Shown here piece by piece: positions 49,377 through 60,160 of a stretch of 64,000 nt of DNA (its first letter is position 1; the number at the start of each line of letters is the position of its first letter). Source of the stretch: an uncultured bacterium (GTDB taxonomy: Bacteria > Verrucomicrobiota > Verrucomicrobiia > Verrucomicrobiales > DEV007); the NCBI GenBank assembly GCA_963977015.1, contig CAXBMO010000005.1:224001-288000 (forward strand). The letters are read 5' to 3'. The notes beneath the pieces were generated by a model. It was not told where the DNA came from, made no database searches, and was given only the letters and a program-made list of their open reading frames with translations. The translations under genes and the position numbers were made by a program.

Positions 49377-50578
49377 GCATCGCAGCTCGGTTTCTCGTCA
49401 CCGCGATTGTCTGGGTTTCTGCGAATGCCGTTCCAACCAGCCTGCAAGCTGCCGACTGGCCGCAATGGCGAGGTCCCGATGAATCGGGAATCGCCCGGGA
49501 AACCGTTTCCCCCATTTCGGACATCGACTTCGTCTGGAAAAGCGAGGTCGGGAAAGGCTTTTCCGGCGTTTCCGTGGCCGACGGGCTCGCCTACACCATG
49601 GGATCAAACGGGGAGGAAGAAACGGTTTGGTGCTTTGACGCCAACACGGGTGAGGTTCGTTGGCAGGATTCCTATCCCGCAGCATTGATGCCGAATCTTC
49701 ATGAAGGAGGCCCGGGTTCGACCCCGACGATTGACGGTGATCATCTCTTCACCCTGAGCAAGGATGGCTTGGCTTCCTGTTACGACGCAAAGAGCGGCAA
49801 ACGCATTTGGCAGACCAAACTGGGAAGCCCGCCGGAATGGGGATTCGCAGGGTCTCCCTACCTTTTCGGGACCGAGGAAGTCTTGTTTGAAGCGGGCGCC
49901 ACGATTTCCCTGAATCGCCGAGATGGCCGCCGCATATGGGCCAGTTCCCCTTTCAAGCCGGGTTACGGCTCGCCGATCGCTTTCGACTTTGCCGGGAAAT
50001 CGCGGATTGCGGTGCTGAAAAACGACGACCTAGCGATCCTGGATCCTCAGGGAAAAACCATCGCGACGTCCCCCTGGAAAACGGCATTTGCAACCAACGC
50101 AACCACTCCAATCGTTCATGGCGATTTGATCTTCCTCTCGACCGGATATGCACGGGGATGCGCCTTGCTGCGCTTCGACGGAACACGCCTGGAGGAGGTT
50201 TACCAAAACCAATCGATGAGCAATCACATGAACAACAGCGTGTTGATCGATGGTTACCTCTACGGATTTGATGGAACGGCTCATCGCGGTCCCTCGACAC
50301 AGTTTGCCTGTGTGGAATTCGCAACCGGAGAAGTGCAATGGAAGGAAGGCGGCCTGGGATGTGGCGGCGTGATCGCCGACAACGACGGCACATTGATCAT
50401 CCTCAGCGAACGCGGCGAACTGGTTTTGGCCAAGGCATCCCCGGAAGCTTTTGAACCCGAGACTCGCGAGCAAATTGTGGGCGGACGTTGTTGGACCGCT
50501 CCCGTCCTGGCAAACGGTAAGGTCTATGCGCGAAACGCGTCTGGCGATTTGGTCTGCGTGAGTTTGCAGGCTAACTAA
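49373..50578 (+). CDS. PQQ-binding-like beta-propeller (BamB-like) secreted protein
   Basis: ADWPQWRGP and repeated TGEVRW / SGKRIW / TGEVQW blades. Confidence 0.88.
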   Translation: MSIAARFLVTAIVWVSANAVPTSLQAADWPQWRGPDESGIARETVSPISDIDFVWKSEVGKGFSGVSVADGLAYTMGSNGEEETVWCFDANTGEVRWQDSYPAALMPNLHEGGPGSTPTIDGDHLFTLSKDGLASCYDAKSGKRIWQTKLGSPPEWGFAGSPYLFGTEEVLFEAGATISLNRRDGRRIWASSPFKPGYGSPIAFDFAGKSRIAVLKNDDLAILDPQGKTIATSPWKTAFATNATTPIVHGDLIFLSTGYARGCALLRFDGTRLEEVYQNQSMSNHMNNSVLIDGYLYGFDGTAHRGPSTQFACVEFATGEVQWKEGGLGCGGVIADNDGTLIILSERGELVLAKASPEAFEPETREQIVGGRCWTAPVLANGKVYARNASGDLVCVSLQAN

Positions 50579-50601
50579 TTTCCCCCTACGTTCGCATCCC
50601 C

Positions 50602-51066
50602 GTGGAACTCGTTCGCTATAAACACGCCCAACTTTCGGCCCGCTTCCCCAAAGACTTTCGGTATTCCAAGTCGCACTACTGGATGTCGGATCAAGGCGAA
50701 GGAATCTGGCACGTTGGCTTCACCAAATTTGCCACGCGCATGCTCGGCGAACTGGTCGAAGCGGAATTCAAAGTCGAAATTGGCGCTCCCGTGGAACCGG
50801 GACAGGAGATCGGCTGGGTCGAAGGCTTCAAGGCCGCCAGTGACGTTTTTTGTGCCCTGAAGGGCGAGTTTCAGGGCATGAATCCCGCCCTCGCTGAAGA
50901 CGCCTGCATCATTCGCTCCAGCCCCTATGTCGATGGTTACCTTTACGCGGTTCGCGGCGAACCTGAGGAGTCGAGTCTGGACGTTCATGGTTACATCAAA
51001 CACCTCGACGGTCTGATCAACCTGATGCAGAACGATCCCAAATACGCCAACCAAGATCCCGAATGA
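50602..51066 (+). CDS. Glycine cleavage H-like lipoyl carrier protein
   Basis: RYSKSHYW, VGFTKFA..LGEL, VEGFKAASD (lipoyl-Lys motif), SPYVDGY. Confidence 0.85.
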   Translation: MELVRYKHAQLSARFPKDFRYSKSHYWMSDQGEGIWHVGFTKFATRMLGELVEAEFKVEIGAPVEPGQEIGWVEGFKAASDVFCALKGEFQGMNPALAEDACIIRSSPYVDGYLYAVRGEPEESSLDVHGYIKHLDGLINLMQNDPKYANQDPE

Positions 51067-52172
51067 ACAAAGCTCGTTACCTCATGATTGGTGGCTTCCT
51101 CGGCGCAGGAAAAACCACCACCATTCAGAAATTCGCCCAGTGGCTCGACGCCAAAGGATTGAAAGTCGGGCTCATTACCAATGATCAGGGACAGGGGCTC
51201 GTCGATTCAGCTTTGGGACGTTCCAACAAGTTCGCCGTTGAAGAAATTTCCGGCGGATGCTTCTGCTGCCGCTTCAATTCGCTCATTGATGCGGCCCGAA
51301 ACCTGACCGAGGAGACACGACCTGACGTGTTTCTCGCCGAACCGGTGGGGAGTTGCACGGATCTGGTCGCCACAGTGAGCCTTCCCCTTCAGAAGATCTA
51401 TGGTGACGATTACCAGGTGGCCCCGTTGTCGGTCTTGGTCGACCCTGTTCGGGCCTTGCGCGTCCTCGGCCTGGAGCCGGGCAAGAAGTTCTCGGAAAAC
51501 GTCCGCTACATCTATCGCAAACAGCTGGAAGAGGCGGAGATGATCGTCATCAACAAGATCGACATCCTCGACGAAGAGCGACTGAAGACTTTACGCGAAG
51601 GGCTGAAAAAGGAATTTTCCGAGGCACAGATTTTCGAGCAATCCGCCCGCGATGAGATCAATCTGGAAACCTGGTTCAACGCAGCATCCGAAACCGAGAT
51701 GAACGTTCCCCGCTTTTTGGACATCGACTATCAGCGCTATGGCGATGGCGAAGCGCTGCTCGGTTGGCTCAACACCACTGTCGAGATCCGCAGCGACGAG
51801 GAATTCGACGGCAATCAGCTACTTCGCGATTTGGCGAATCAACTGCGCGAGTCGCTCGGGAAGGAAGGCGCGGAAGTCGCCCACCTCAAGATGACGCTGA
51901 CTCCACTTGGCGATCCGTTTGAAATCGCTGCGGTGAACATGGTGAGGGATGATCAATCTCCCGAGCTATCCCACCAACTGTTCGAGCCGCTGGAGGACGG
52001 CGAGTTGCTGCTGAACATGCGCGTTGAAACCTCTCCGGAGCTTTTGGAAAAAGCCTCCAACGACGCGCTGAACAGCGTCCTTTCCGGCTTCGACTTCAAG
52101 ATCACACATTCCGAGCATTTTCGGCCAGGCATGCCGGTCCCGACGCATCGATTTGCGGAAGAAACCGCCTAA
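51063..52172 (+). CDS. CobW/G3E-family metal-chaperone GTPase
   Basis: GGFLGAGKTT, ITNDQG, GGCFCC, EPVGSC and INKID motifs. Confidence 0.88.
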   Translation: MNKARYLMIGGFLGAGKTTTIQKFAQWLDAKGLKVGLITNDQGQGLVDSALGRSNKFAVEEISGGCFCCRFNSLIDAARNLTEETRPDVFLAEPVGSCTDLVATVSLPLQKIYGDDYQVAPLSVLVDPVRALRVLGLEPGKKFSENVRYIYRKQLEEAEMIVINKIDILDEERLKTLREGLKKEFSEAQIFEQSARDEINLETWFNAASETEMNVPRFLDIDYQRYGDGEALLGWLNTTVEIRSDEEFDGNQLLRDLANQLRESLGKEGAEVAHLKMTLTPLGDPFEIAAVNMVRDDQSPELSHQLFEPLEDGELLLNMRVETSPELLEKASNDALNSVLSGFDFKITHSEHFRPGMPVPTHRFAEETA

Positions 52173-52179
52173 CGCCCCC

Positions 52180-54729
52180 TCATTCGCCGCGGACGGCTTC
52201 GCTCACTTCAATCTTCGCTGCGCCCGAAGCCGGAATGAAGCCGGCGAGAATGGCCACGGGAACAACCCAGAGCGGCGTCGCCCAGACTTCCGCCCAGGGA
52301 ACGTGAAGCTGAATCGTCCAGCCAAAGAACGATTTGTTCACAACCAGAGTCAGGATCAGCGCCATCCCAAGACCGCAGGCAATCCCAATCAGGCTACCGA
52401 ACAGTCCTGTGAACCCGGCCTCCACCAAATAAACCGTTCGCACCTGAGCTCGACTCGCTCCAATGGCGCGAAAGATGCCGATATCCCGGGTACGCTCCAT
52501 CACCAGCGTTGCCAGGGAAAGACTGACGCCAAAAACGGCCACCAGAATCGCGATCGAGCGCAAGACATAAGTTATCGCGAACGTTTGATCAAAAACCTCG
52601 AAGATGCGTTCGCGAATGGTTTGATTGCTGTAGATCGCCAACTCTTCATTCGCACTGAATCGTTCGCGAAGTTCCCGGTTCAACTCTTCCGCAAAATTCG
52701 GGTCCTTGAGAAAAACGGAAAAGGAATGAATGCGATCATCGCCCCAATGCCTCTTATATTCCTCCCTTGTCAGAACGAGTTTTCCACGATCGTCCGAGTA
52801 ATCATAGTAGACACCGGCGATCGTAAATTCCCGTTTCCCAGACGGAGTGGGAATGGAAACCCGACTTCCTTCTTTCAGCTCCAGTTTCCGTGCGAGGGAT
52901 TCCGTTGCCAGCGCGTAACCAGGAAGCTGAAATGTCTCAACCTTGCGATCTGCTTCCCCATCAAGAAACCGGAGAGTTTTGCGGGCCGGATTGCCAACGG
53001 CTCCCAAGATGAAGTGCGTTCCATCCTGCAAATGGATGACCGACTGACGATACGTCTCGATCGAGGCCACCTCTGGAAGCGCTTCCAGATAATCGACGAT
53101 TTCTCCAGGTAGAAACCCCTGAAATCCGATCACCTGACTCGAGGCGGGGGTGACGTAAACATCTGCCTTCATCACCTGATTGATCCAAAGGTCGATTGTA
53201 TTGCGAAACGAGGAGACCATGACGGTAACGCCAATGGTCATAGAAACCGCCATCATCAGCGCAGCGACCGTCACCGCAGAGCGATGAAGCGAACGCCCCA
53301 AATTGTCGCTCGCAAGCCGGACAAGCATCGCAGTTTGGCTTTGTCCCTGATTCCAACGAGAGGCCCAATACACCAACCATCGGCAGACCCACGGAGTCGC
53401 GAGGGAAGCACCGGTCGCGAGCGCCAAACAAGCGAGAAAACTCATCCATGCCGGCCCCGTCGTCAGTGCTTTCCACGAAAAAAAGACGGAAAGGAGAAGC
53501 GCAGCGAGCCCAAACGTGAGGAGCCTTCCAACGGGAAGATCCTTTGCCTCAACCGCGCGATTGGGTCGCAGCGCACTCAAGGGGGGGACGCGGGAAGCCT
53601 CCAGCGCGGGAAGATATGCCCCGATCAACGTTGCTCCGATTCCATAGACCATTGCAACGAACACATCGCGACTCGCAACCGTAATCTGCGTCGCATTGAC
53701 CAGAATGTAATGAGACGAAATCGTCTGACTAACATCGCCAATCAACAAACTTGCGAGCAGAGCCCCGAGCGGAATCCCAAGAACAACACCGGGAATGCCG
53801 AGCAGCAATCCCTCCGCCAGGAACGCTCCCATCACTTGACGCTGCGTCGCCCCGGTTGATCGCAAAATCCCAATTTCCCTTCTGCGCCGCACGACGGAAG
53901 CCGAAACCGAATTGTAGATCAGAAAGACACCAACCAGGATCGAAACCATACTCAGGGCCGTGATATTGAGTTGGAACCCGTCCAGCATTCGTTGCACCTG
54001 TTGGCTTCGTTGCTCCGGAGCCTGAACTACAGCATCTTCCGGAAGCAGGCTGGCGAGCGACTCACTCGCTTCCTCCATTCTCGACGGATCGTGCAGGAGA
54101 ATCTGAATGGAGGTCAACCGGCCTTGATTTCCGTAGAGTTCCTGGAGCCAACCGATATCCATTACCGCCATGGAGCTCGAACCGACGCCTTCCGGCAGCA
54201 CCCCCGCGATCGTCAACTCGACCGTTCTCCCATCAATATCAGCAACCATTGATGAACCCGGTTGAACGCCAACATTCTCGACCAACTCGGGATGAGCAAT
54301 CACCAACCCCGGACGCGACAACCAGGTTTCGAGATCAAACCCCTCTGCCATCTGCGCGAGCGCTCCGACTGTTTCAAACTCCGAATTCGTAAACGGATCT
54401 GTTCCCAGAAGGTGGATGTAACCGCCAGGAATGGAAGGAGTCGTGGCATAGCCTTCCAGCACGGGGGTCGAAGCCTGCACGGCCGGATGATTCGCAACTC
54501 GTTCGATCCACGTTTCCGGGATCCATTCACTAGCGCCGCGAACCTCAAGGTGACTCTTCCCTGCGATTAAGTCGATGCTCGATCGGAACGCCTGATTCGC
54601 ACTATGATTGGCAGTTTGAATCGCCAGATACACCGCGACTCCAACCGCAACGCTCAACACATCCAGAACGGCAATGAGTTTGTGTCGAGCGAGGTATCGG
54701 AGAACGATCTGATGGAGAAGATGAAGCAT
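52180..54729 (-). CDS. FtsX/MacB-like ABC transporter permease (duplicated)
   Basis: RRREIGILRSTGAT and ERTRDIGIFRAIGAS motifs. Confidence 0.9.
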   Translation of the reverse strand: MLHLLHQIVLRYLARHKLIAVLDVLSVAVGVAVYLAIQTANHSANQAFRSSIDLIAGKSHLEVRGASEWIPETWIERVANHPAVQASTPVLEGYATTPSIPGGYIHLLGTDPFTNSEFETVGALAQMAEGFDLETWLSRPGLVIAHPELVENVGVQPGSSMVADIDGRTVELTIAGVLPEGVGSSSMAVMDIGWLQELYGNQGRLTSIQILLHDPSRMEEASESLASLLPEDAVVQAPEQRSQQVQRMLDGFQLNITALSMVSILVGVFLIYNSVSASVVRRRREIGILRSTGATQRQVMGAFLAEGLLLGIPGVVLGIPLGALLASLLIGDVSQTISSHYILVNATQITVASRDVFVAMVYGIGATLIGAYLPALEASRVPPLSALRPNRAVEAKDLPVGRLLTFGLAALLLSVFFSWKALTTGPAWMSFLACLALATGASLATPWVCRWLVYWASRWNQGQSQTAMLVRLASDNLGRSLHRSAVTVAALMMAVSMTIGVTVMVSSFRNTIDLWINQVMKADVYVTPASSQVIGFQGFLPGEIVDYLEALPEVASIETYRQSVIHLQDGTHFILGAVGNPARKTLRFLDGEADRKVETFQLPGYALATESLARKLELKEGSRVSIPTPSGKREFTIAGVYYDYSDDRGKLVLTREEYKRHWGDDRIHSFSVFLKDPNFAEELNRELRERFSANEELAIYSNQTIRERIFEVFDQTFAITYVLRSIAILVAVFGVSLSLATLVMERTRDIGIFRAIGASRAQVRTVYLVEAGFTGLFGSLIGIACGLGMALILTLVVNKSFFGWTIQLHVPWAEVWATPLWVVPVAILAGFIPASGAAKIEVSEAVRGE

Positions 54730-54773
54730 CGCCTTTTCGTTTTAGCTACGCTTCACCTCGTCACCCGGTTGGG

Positions 54774-57551
54774 TCAGATCCCAACCGCTTTTTCCACGTT
54801 CCGCTGAAGCGCAGCCAGCAGGATGGGATCGAAAATCCGCTTCCCGGCTCCATCAGTCAGGTAAAACGTGTCGATCGCAGCCCCTTTTTCGGTGCAAATT
54901 CTGGAGTGATCAATTTCCACCCCCAGATTTCCGATGGCGTAGAACACATCAAACAATAGCCCCAACCGGTCCAATGCCTGAACCTCCATCACCGTGTGTT
55001 TGGAATTCATACCCTCCGGAATAATGGTCACCCGCGTTGGAAAATTGACGACAAGTTCGTCCCCTGCCCCATCGGGTGCGGGAATCATCTTGGCGACGTT
55101 TTCAACCTTCTCTGAAGTGTCCATCATCTTCTTGATCAACGTCTCCACATTGGATTGCATTCGCTCGGAACGAACCGGCTTCAAATCCGTGGTACAGACT
55201 CGGAAGGTGTCGAGCACGAGGTTGTCTTTCCGGGTAAAGATGTCTGCACTGAGAATGTTGATCCCTTTTGCAGCCAACGCCCCGGCCACTTTCATCAACA
55301 AGTGTTTGCGATCCCAGCACACAATTTCGAGCCGGGTAAATCCTCGGTCAGGGTAGTGAATCCAATTGATCGCTGGATGAAGGCTCTCCTGCCCATCGGC
55401 ATGATAGAGGTGCTCTGTATACCAGCGAAACAGCTTCACATGCTGTACGATATCCGTAACCTCCCGGAAGAGAAAATAACGCTCCGGCATGAGCTCGAAA
55501 AGAGCATTCAGTTCCTCGGAGTATTCCTTCTTCATCCGCTTCTCGACCTCCTTCTTAAGCTCCACCTTGGCGTCCTCGATTCGCCGGGCAAACGCCTTCT
55601 GATCCTCCAGAAACGAACAGGTAGCCCGATAGAGCTGCATCATCAGCATCTCTTTCCATTGATTCCAAGCTTCTTCATTGGTGCCATTGGAATCGGCAAA
55701 CGTCATGAGGAGAAGCGTCTCCATATACTGACGATTCCCCATGATCCCGGCAAACTCCGCAATCACTTCCGGATCTTCGATATTCCGTGTCGTCGCGGTT
55801 TTCCAGAACGTCAGATGGTTGTCCACCAGGAAAATCAAAAGCCGACGGCGTTCCCCTCGAATATTGAGCCGTTTGCAGACATCGCTCGCCATCTCCGTAC
55901 TTGCGTCCGTGTGAAAGCGCTTGTTTTCAGCACGACCGGCATCGTGAAAAATCAAGGCAATGTAGAGAACAGCCGGGTCCTCCAATTCATGGAACAACTT
56001 TTGAAAAAACTTGGTTTTCGGATCGCTCGAATCACTCAGGGAATCGAGGACATCGATACACTTCAAGGTGTGCTCATCCGCGGTAAAGCGGTGAAAGAAC
56101 TCGTGCTGAACCAGACAATCCAGTTCCCCAAACTCCGGCAGGTACTTCCCCAGAAATCCAACGCGATGCATTTGGCGGAGTATCCTCGCGACTTCTCCTT
56201 TCCGGCTGAGGATCGACTCAAACGTATCGTTGACGGCCCGGTTCCTTTGAAAACGCCAATCAACCAGGTTGTAACAATTCTTAAACAGGCGACGAATTGA
56301 GGGGCTCAATTCTAGATGACGAAGCTGGGTTTGTTGAAACACCTTCATCATCTGAGTCGGGTCGTCTCGAAAGACGTTCTTATCTTTCGGGAAGATGAGT
56401 CCATCCCGGCTGACAAAGGATCCCAGGTCTTCCTGACTCGAATTTCTCCTCGCCAGGAAACTCATCAACCCGGGTTCCTCTTCCTTTTCCGCCAGGCGGA
56501 ACGTCTGCATGAGCGAGGTGCTATGCATATAAATTGCCCGCGTATGACGATAGTAATCCCGCATGAACGCTTCGATTCGTCGAAGGATCTTCGGTTGGGG
56601 ATAGCAGAGATTGGTGGCCACAACCCCTTGCAGTCTCAGCGTCAGGTTGTCGGTAATCGATCGCTCAGAATAATGCAGCTCATTGCGGACGCGCATCAAA
56701 AACTCATGAGCCCGCGTCATTGCCTGATAGGCTGATTTGGAAAGGATTTTCTCATCTCGCAAATACTTCAAATCATTCCGCCCAAACTTCACCTGGAGGA
56801 CCCAGATGATATTCTGATAGTCACGCAGGCCACCGCAGCCCTCTTTGATGTTCGGCTCCTGAACATAGACCGTGCTGTGATACTTTTCGTGCCTCCGCTT
56901 AAACTCAATTTGTCGCGTTTTGAGGTACTCGTTTTCCTTCCCGACAATGCAGTCCTTGTGAAAACGCTCTGCAAAGTCGTCGTACAAAGACTGGTCCCCG
57001 GTGATGAAGCGCATGTCCAACATCGCCGTTTTGGTCGCATGATCACCATTCGCGACTTTGACCGATTCACGAATCGAACGAACGGCATGTCCCACCTTAA
57101 ACCCAACATCCCAAAGCATCTGCAGGATGGCTTCGACCATCCCTTCCGTATCATCGGCCAGTTTGGTGGTGTCATCGGGACAGAGGAATAAGAGATCGAC
57201 ATCACTACCGACGTTCAACGCTCCACGACCAAACCCACCAAAGGCAACCAACGTAACCGGATGCGAACTCTTCTTCCGGGCGCGCGAGGGCTTGGGGTCC
57301 GCATCGACCGATTCGATTGCATCCGCAAAAAATTGTCGCAACACATGGTCCAGCAAATCAGCTCGCTTCTTGGCAAATTCCAGGCCCCCCAATCCGTTGC
57401 GGTGTTGAACCTTCAGCCGGTAGTTTTCATACTTGAGATAGCGCCTGTAGAGCTGAATCTGATCCAGCTTGGACAAAGCACTTCGCCGTTCCGCCTTGAG
57501 TTCAGCCGGATTTCGGAAATTTTGTTTGTGTGACGAAGGGGTTTCTGCCAT
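54774..57551 (-). CDS. glnD: [Protein-PII] uridylyltransferase
   Basis: GGFGRG..SDVDL, EPNIKEGCGGLRD, HRFTADEH, HD motif and two ACT domains. Confidence 0.95.
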   Translation of the reverse strand: MAETPSSHKQNFRNPAELKAERRSALSKLDQIQLYRRYLKYENYRLKVQHRNGLGGLEFAKKRADLLDHVLRQFFADAIESVDADPKPSRARKKSSHPVTLVAFGGFGRGALNVGSDVDLLFLCPDDTTKLADDTEGMVEAILQMLWDVGFKVGHAVRSIRESVKVANGDHATKTAMLDMRFITGDQSLYDDFAERFHKDCIVGKENEYLKTRQIEFKRRHEKYHSTVYVQEPNIKEGCGGLRDYQNIIWVLQVKFGRNDLKYLRDEKILSKSAYQAMTRAHEFLMRVRNELHYSERSITDNLTLRLQGVVATNLCYPQPKILRRIEAFMRDYYRHTRAIYMHSTSLMQTFRLAEKEEEPGLMSFLARRNSSQEDLGSFVSRDGLIFPKDKNVFRDDPTQMMKVFQQTQLRHLELSPSIRRLFKNCYNLVDWRFQRNRAVNDTFESILSRKGEVARILRQMHRVGFLGKYLPEFGELDCLVQHEFFHRFTADEHTLKCIDVLDSLSDSSDPKTKFFQKLFHELEDPAVLYIALIFHDAGRAENKRFHTDASTEMASDVCKRLNIRGERRRLLIFLVDNHLTFWKTATTRNIEDPEVIAEFAGIMGNRQYMETLLLMTFADSNGTNEEAWNQWKEMLMMQLYRATCSFLEDQKAFARRIEDAKVELKKEVEKRMKKEYSEELNALFELMPERYFLFREVTDIVQHVKLFRWYTEHLYHADGQESLHPAINWIHYPDRGFTRLEIVCWDRKHLLMKVAGALAAKGINILSADIFTRKDNLVLDTFRVCTTDLKPVRSERMQSNVETLIKKMMDTSEKVENVAKMIPAPDGAGDELVVNFPTRVTIIPEGMNSKHTVMEVQALDRLGLLFDVFYAIGNLGVEIDHSRICTEKGAAIDTFYLTDGAGKRIFDPILLAALQRNVEKAVGI

Positions 57552-57576
57552 TGGCCAAGATCGTAATGTGGTTTTT

Positions 57577-58635
57577 ATGTCGCGACAAATTTCAACTTAC
57601 TTCGTAGCCGCTGCGATTTCGGTGGCGTCCCTCTTCACCTGCATTGCGCAAGAATCGGAGACAGACACCGTAACACGAATTGCTTTTGGCTCCTGTTGTC
57701 ACCAGAGCCGAAGTCAAGCCATCTGGCCGTCGATTACCAAACTCCATCCGCAGGTCTTCCTTTTCATGGGCGACAATATCTATGGAGACACGGAAAGAAT
57801 GGATGTGCTTCGGCAAAAATACCAGCAGCTTTTGACGGAGCCGGGCTATCAGGACCTTCAGGCTTCCGGCTGCCGAATCCTGGCGACTTGGGACGATCAC
57901 GATTATGGCAAAAACGACGCGGGTGTGGAATATACGATGAAAAAGGAATCCCAGAGCATCTTTTTGGAAACTTTTGCGGTGGCGCCAACGCGCTCCCCTT
58001 GGTCTCGCCCCGGGATCTACGATTCCTACACCTTGGGGAGCGAGGGAAAATCCCTTCAGGTCATCCTTCTCGATACCCGTTACTTCCGAAGCGAGTTGCT
58101 TCGAAAAAAGACGTTTGAGAAAGGATCGTATCGGGGGCGCTATGCCGAAAACACCAGGGATGGCGCGACTGTCCTGGGGGCAGAGCAATGGGCTTGGCTC
58201 GAGCGGGAGCTGCAAAAACCGGCCGATCTTCGTGTCATCGTTTCCAGCATCCAGGTTCTGGCAATTGATCACTTCTGGGAGCGGTGGCAGAACTACCCGA
58301 ATGAGAGGACCAGATTTCTCAACCTCCTCAAAAAGACCGACGCCAAAAACACGATTCTATTGAGCGGAGATCGTCATCTCGCGGAAATCATGAAGATGCC
58401 CGCCTCCGATCCACAGAGTCCCGGCTTTCCCGTCTTCGAGATTACGTCCAGCGGGCTCAATCAGACGTTTGATCGAGGCGGCGACGAACCCAATCGCTAC
58501 CGGCTTGGAAACAACTTCACCGGGGCGAATTTCGGATTCCTCAGCATTGATTGGAAAGCGAGATTGGCAGAAGCGGAGATTCGGGATGTGAACGGAAAAG
58601 TTGTCCGGACGGTACCGATCCGTTTTCCCCAGTAA
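57577..58635 (+). CDS. phoD: PhoD-like alkaline phosphatase
   Basis: AFGSC, GDNIYGD, WDDHDYG, LLDTRYFR and LSGDRH motifs. Confidence 0.88.
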   Translation: MSRQISTYFVAAAISVASLFTCIAQESETDTVTRIAFGSCCHQSRSQAIWPSITKLHPQVFLFMGDNIYGDTERMDVLRQKYQQLLTEPGYQDLQASGCRILATWDDHDYGKNDAGVEYTMKKESQSIFLETFAVAPTRSPWSRPGIYDSYTLGSEGKSLQVILLDTRYFRSELLRKKTFEKGSYRGRYAENTRDGATVLGAEQWAWLERELQKPADLRVIVSSIQVLAIDHFWERWQNYPNERTRFLNLLKKTDAKNTILLSGDRHLAEIMKMPASDPQSPGFPVFEITSSGLNQTFDRGGDEPNRYRLGNNFTGANFGFLSIDWKARLAEAEIRDVNGKVVRTVPIRFPQ

Positions 58636-58735
58636 TTGGGCCGTTTGGGAATGAACAATCAGGCACTTTTTCTTTGCGCTGTCGTCCTTCTTGGTGTGAT
58701 GCTAGCGACCCCTGAATCATCCAGACAACCCCGAA

Positions 58736-59635
58736 ATGAGCAAAAAAATTGGATTCGTTGGCGTTGGGCGCATGGGCGCAAACATGGCCCGCCACCTCAA
58801 AGACGTTGGTTACAAAGTATCCGCCGTTTACGACATCAACCGCGAGGCCGCCTCAAGCTTGGCGGATGAACTTGGAGCAACCGCCTACGAAGCGTTGCCT
58901 GACGTGACCGCCAACTCTGACGTCATCATTACCGTGGTGACCAATGATGCCGCCATGCGGGCGATTTTCCTCGAAGGCGATGCCACACTCCTTTCGGGAG
59001 CGAGCGGCAAAACCTTTATCAACTGCGCAACCCTTTCGCCCGCGATTCACCGCGAAATTTCCGCTGCAGCCAGCGAAGTTGGAGCCAAAACCCTGGAGGG
59101 TTGCATGGCCAGCAGCATCAGCCACGCCCGGGAAGGCAAGCTTTACCTGATGGTCGCTGGTGACCAGGACGCGTTTGAAGCAAACAAGCAACTGCTCGAT
59201 GACCTGAGTGTGAACATGCGCTTCGTCGAAGGCGGGCCCGGACGGGCTGCGGAAGTGAAGGCGTTGGTGAACATGGTGATGAACATCAACACCGCAGGCT
59301 TGGCGGAAGGTCTGGGCTTGGCCAAAGCGTTGGGACATGATTTAAACATGATCTGCGAAGTTTTCAGCCAGACGGGAGCGAACTCCCGGGTGTTGGAAAC
59401 AGACGCCGAAGACATGATTGCCCGCGACCACGAATGCTGGTTCTCCGCCGATCATGCGGCGAAGGATTCCGGGATCGCCGGTGACATTGCCAAGGGACTG
59501 GGGCTCAACCTGCCTCTCAACGAAACCACCCAAGCTCAGTACGCAAAAATGACCGCGGAAGGCCTTGGGGAATTGGACAAGTCTGGAATCGCCGAAATGA
59601 CGTTCCCCGGTCGGCATTCCCATCCCAATCTTTAA
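58736..59635 (+). CDS. Beta-hydroxyacid dehydrogenase family (MmsB-like) oxidoreductase
   Basis: GFVGVGRMGANMA, KALVNM and KDSGIA motifs. Confidence 0.88.
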   Translation: MSKKIGFVGVGRMGANMARHLKDVGYKVSAVYDINREAASSLADELGATAYEALPDVTANSDVIITVVTNDAAMRAIFLEGDATLLSGASGKTFINCATLSPAIHREISAAASEVGAKTLEGCMASSISHAREGKLYLMVAGDQDAFEANKQLLDDLSVNMRFVEGGPGRAAEVKALVNMVMNINTAGLAEGLGLAKALGHDLNMICEVFSQTGANSRVLETDAEDMIARDHECWFSADHAAKDSGIAGDIAKGLGLNLPLNETTQAQYAKMTAEGLGELDKSGIAEMTFPGRHSHPNL

Positions 59636-59661
59636 CCAAAAAAACCTAACACTCCAAACTA

Positions 59662-60099
59662 ATGAGCAAAATCGTACCCACCATCAGTTCCGGCACCGCT
59701 GGCCCCCTCGGCGCGTTGCACCTTCCCCGTTTCTGGCAGAAAGTTTCTCTGGAAGCCGCTGGCAAACTTCATGCTGATTACCCGGCATGCGGAGCAGGCT
59801 ATGACCAGATGACTCTGGATGCCCTGGGACTCGATAAGGACGCCACTCTTGCCTACATCAAAGAGAACAAGCCCAGCTACACCGCGTTTGAAGCCTGGGT
59901 GAAGGAAAATGCGACCAATCTCGGCAACATCGCAGAGCACAACGCAGCCATCACCGGCTACAATCACGAGGATGCAACTCGCGCAGAAATTTTCGCAGCG
60001 ACCAACCTGACGGACGAAACCTGCTCGTTTCGCGATGCCGTGAATCTCAACAACCTTGACGACTGGGCCATCTTCCACGCGGAAGAAATCGCGGGATAA
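59662..60099 (+). CDS. DUF5069-like protein
   Basis: GPLGALHLPRFWQK, YPACGAGYD and LNNLDDW motifs. Confidence 0.65.
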   Translation: MSKIVPTISSGTAGPLGALHLPRFWQKVSLEAAGKLHADYPACGAGYDQMTLDALGLDKDATLAYIKENKPSYTAFEAWVKENATNLGNIAEHNAAITGYNHEDATRAEIFAATNLTDETCSFRDAVNLNNLDDWAIFHAEEIAG

Positions 60100-60123
60100 G
60101 TCCTCACCGGCTCCATTCTTTTC

Positions 60124-60160
60124 AAGCTCGATGCGTCACCTGGCGCTTCGGGCTTTTTTG
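60124..60160 (+). terminator. Intrinsic terminator
   Basis: AAGCTCGA-TGCGTCACCTGGCGC-TTCGGGCTT followed by a T-run. Confidence 0.6.
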
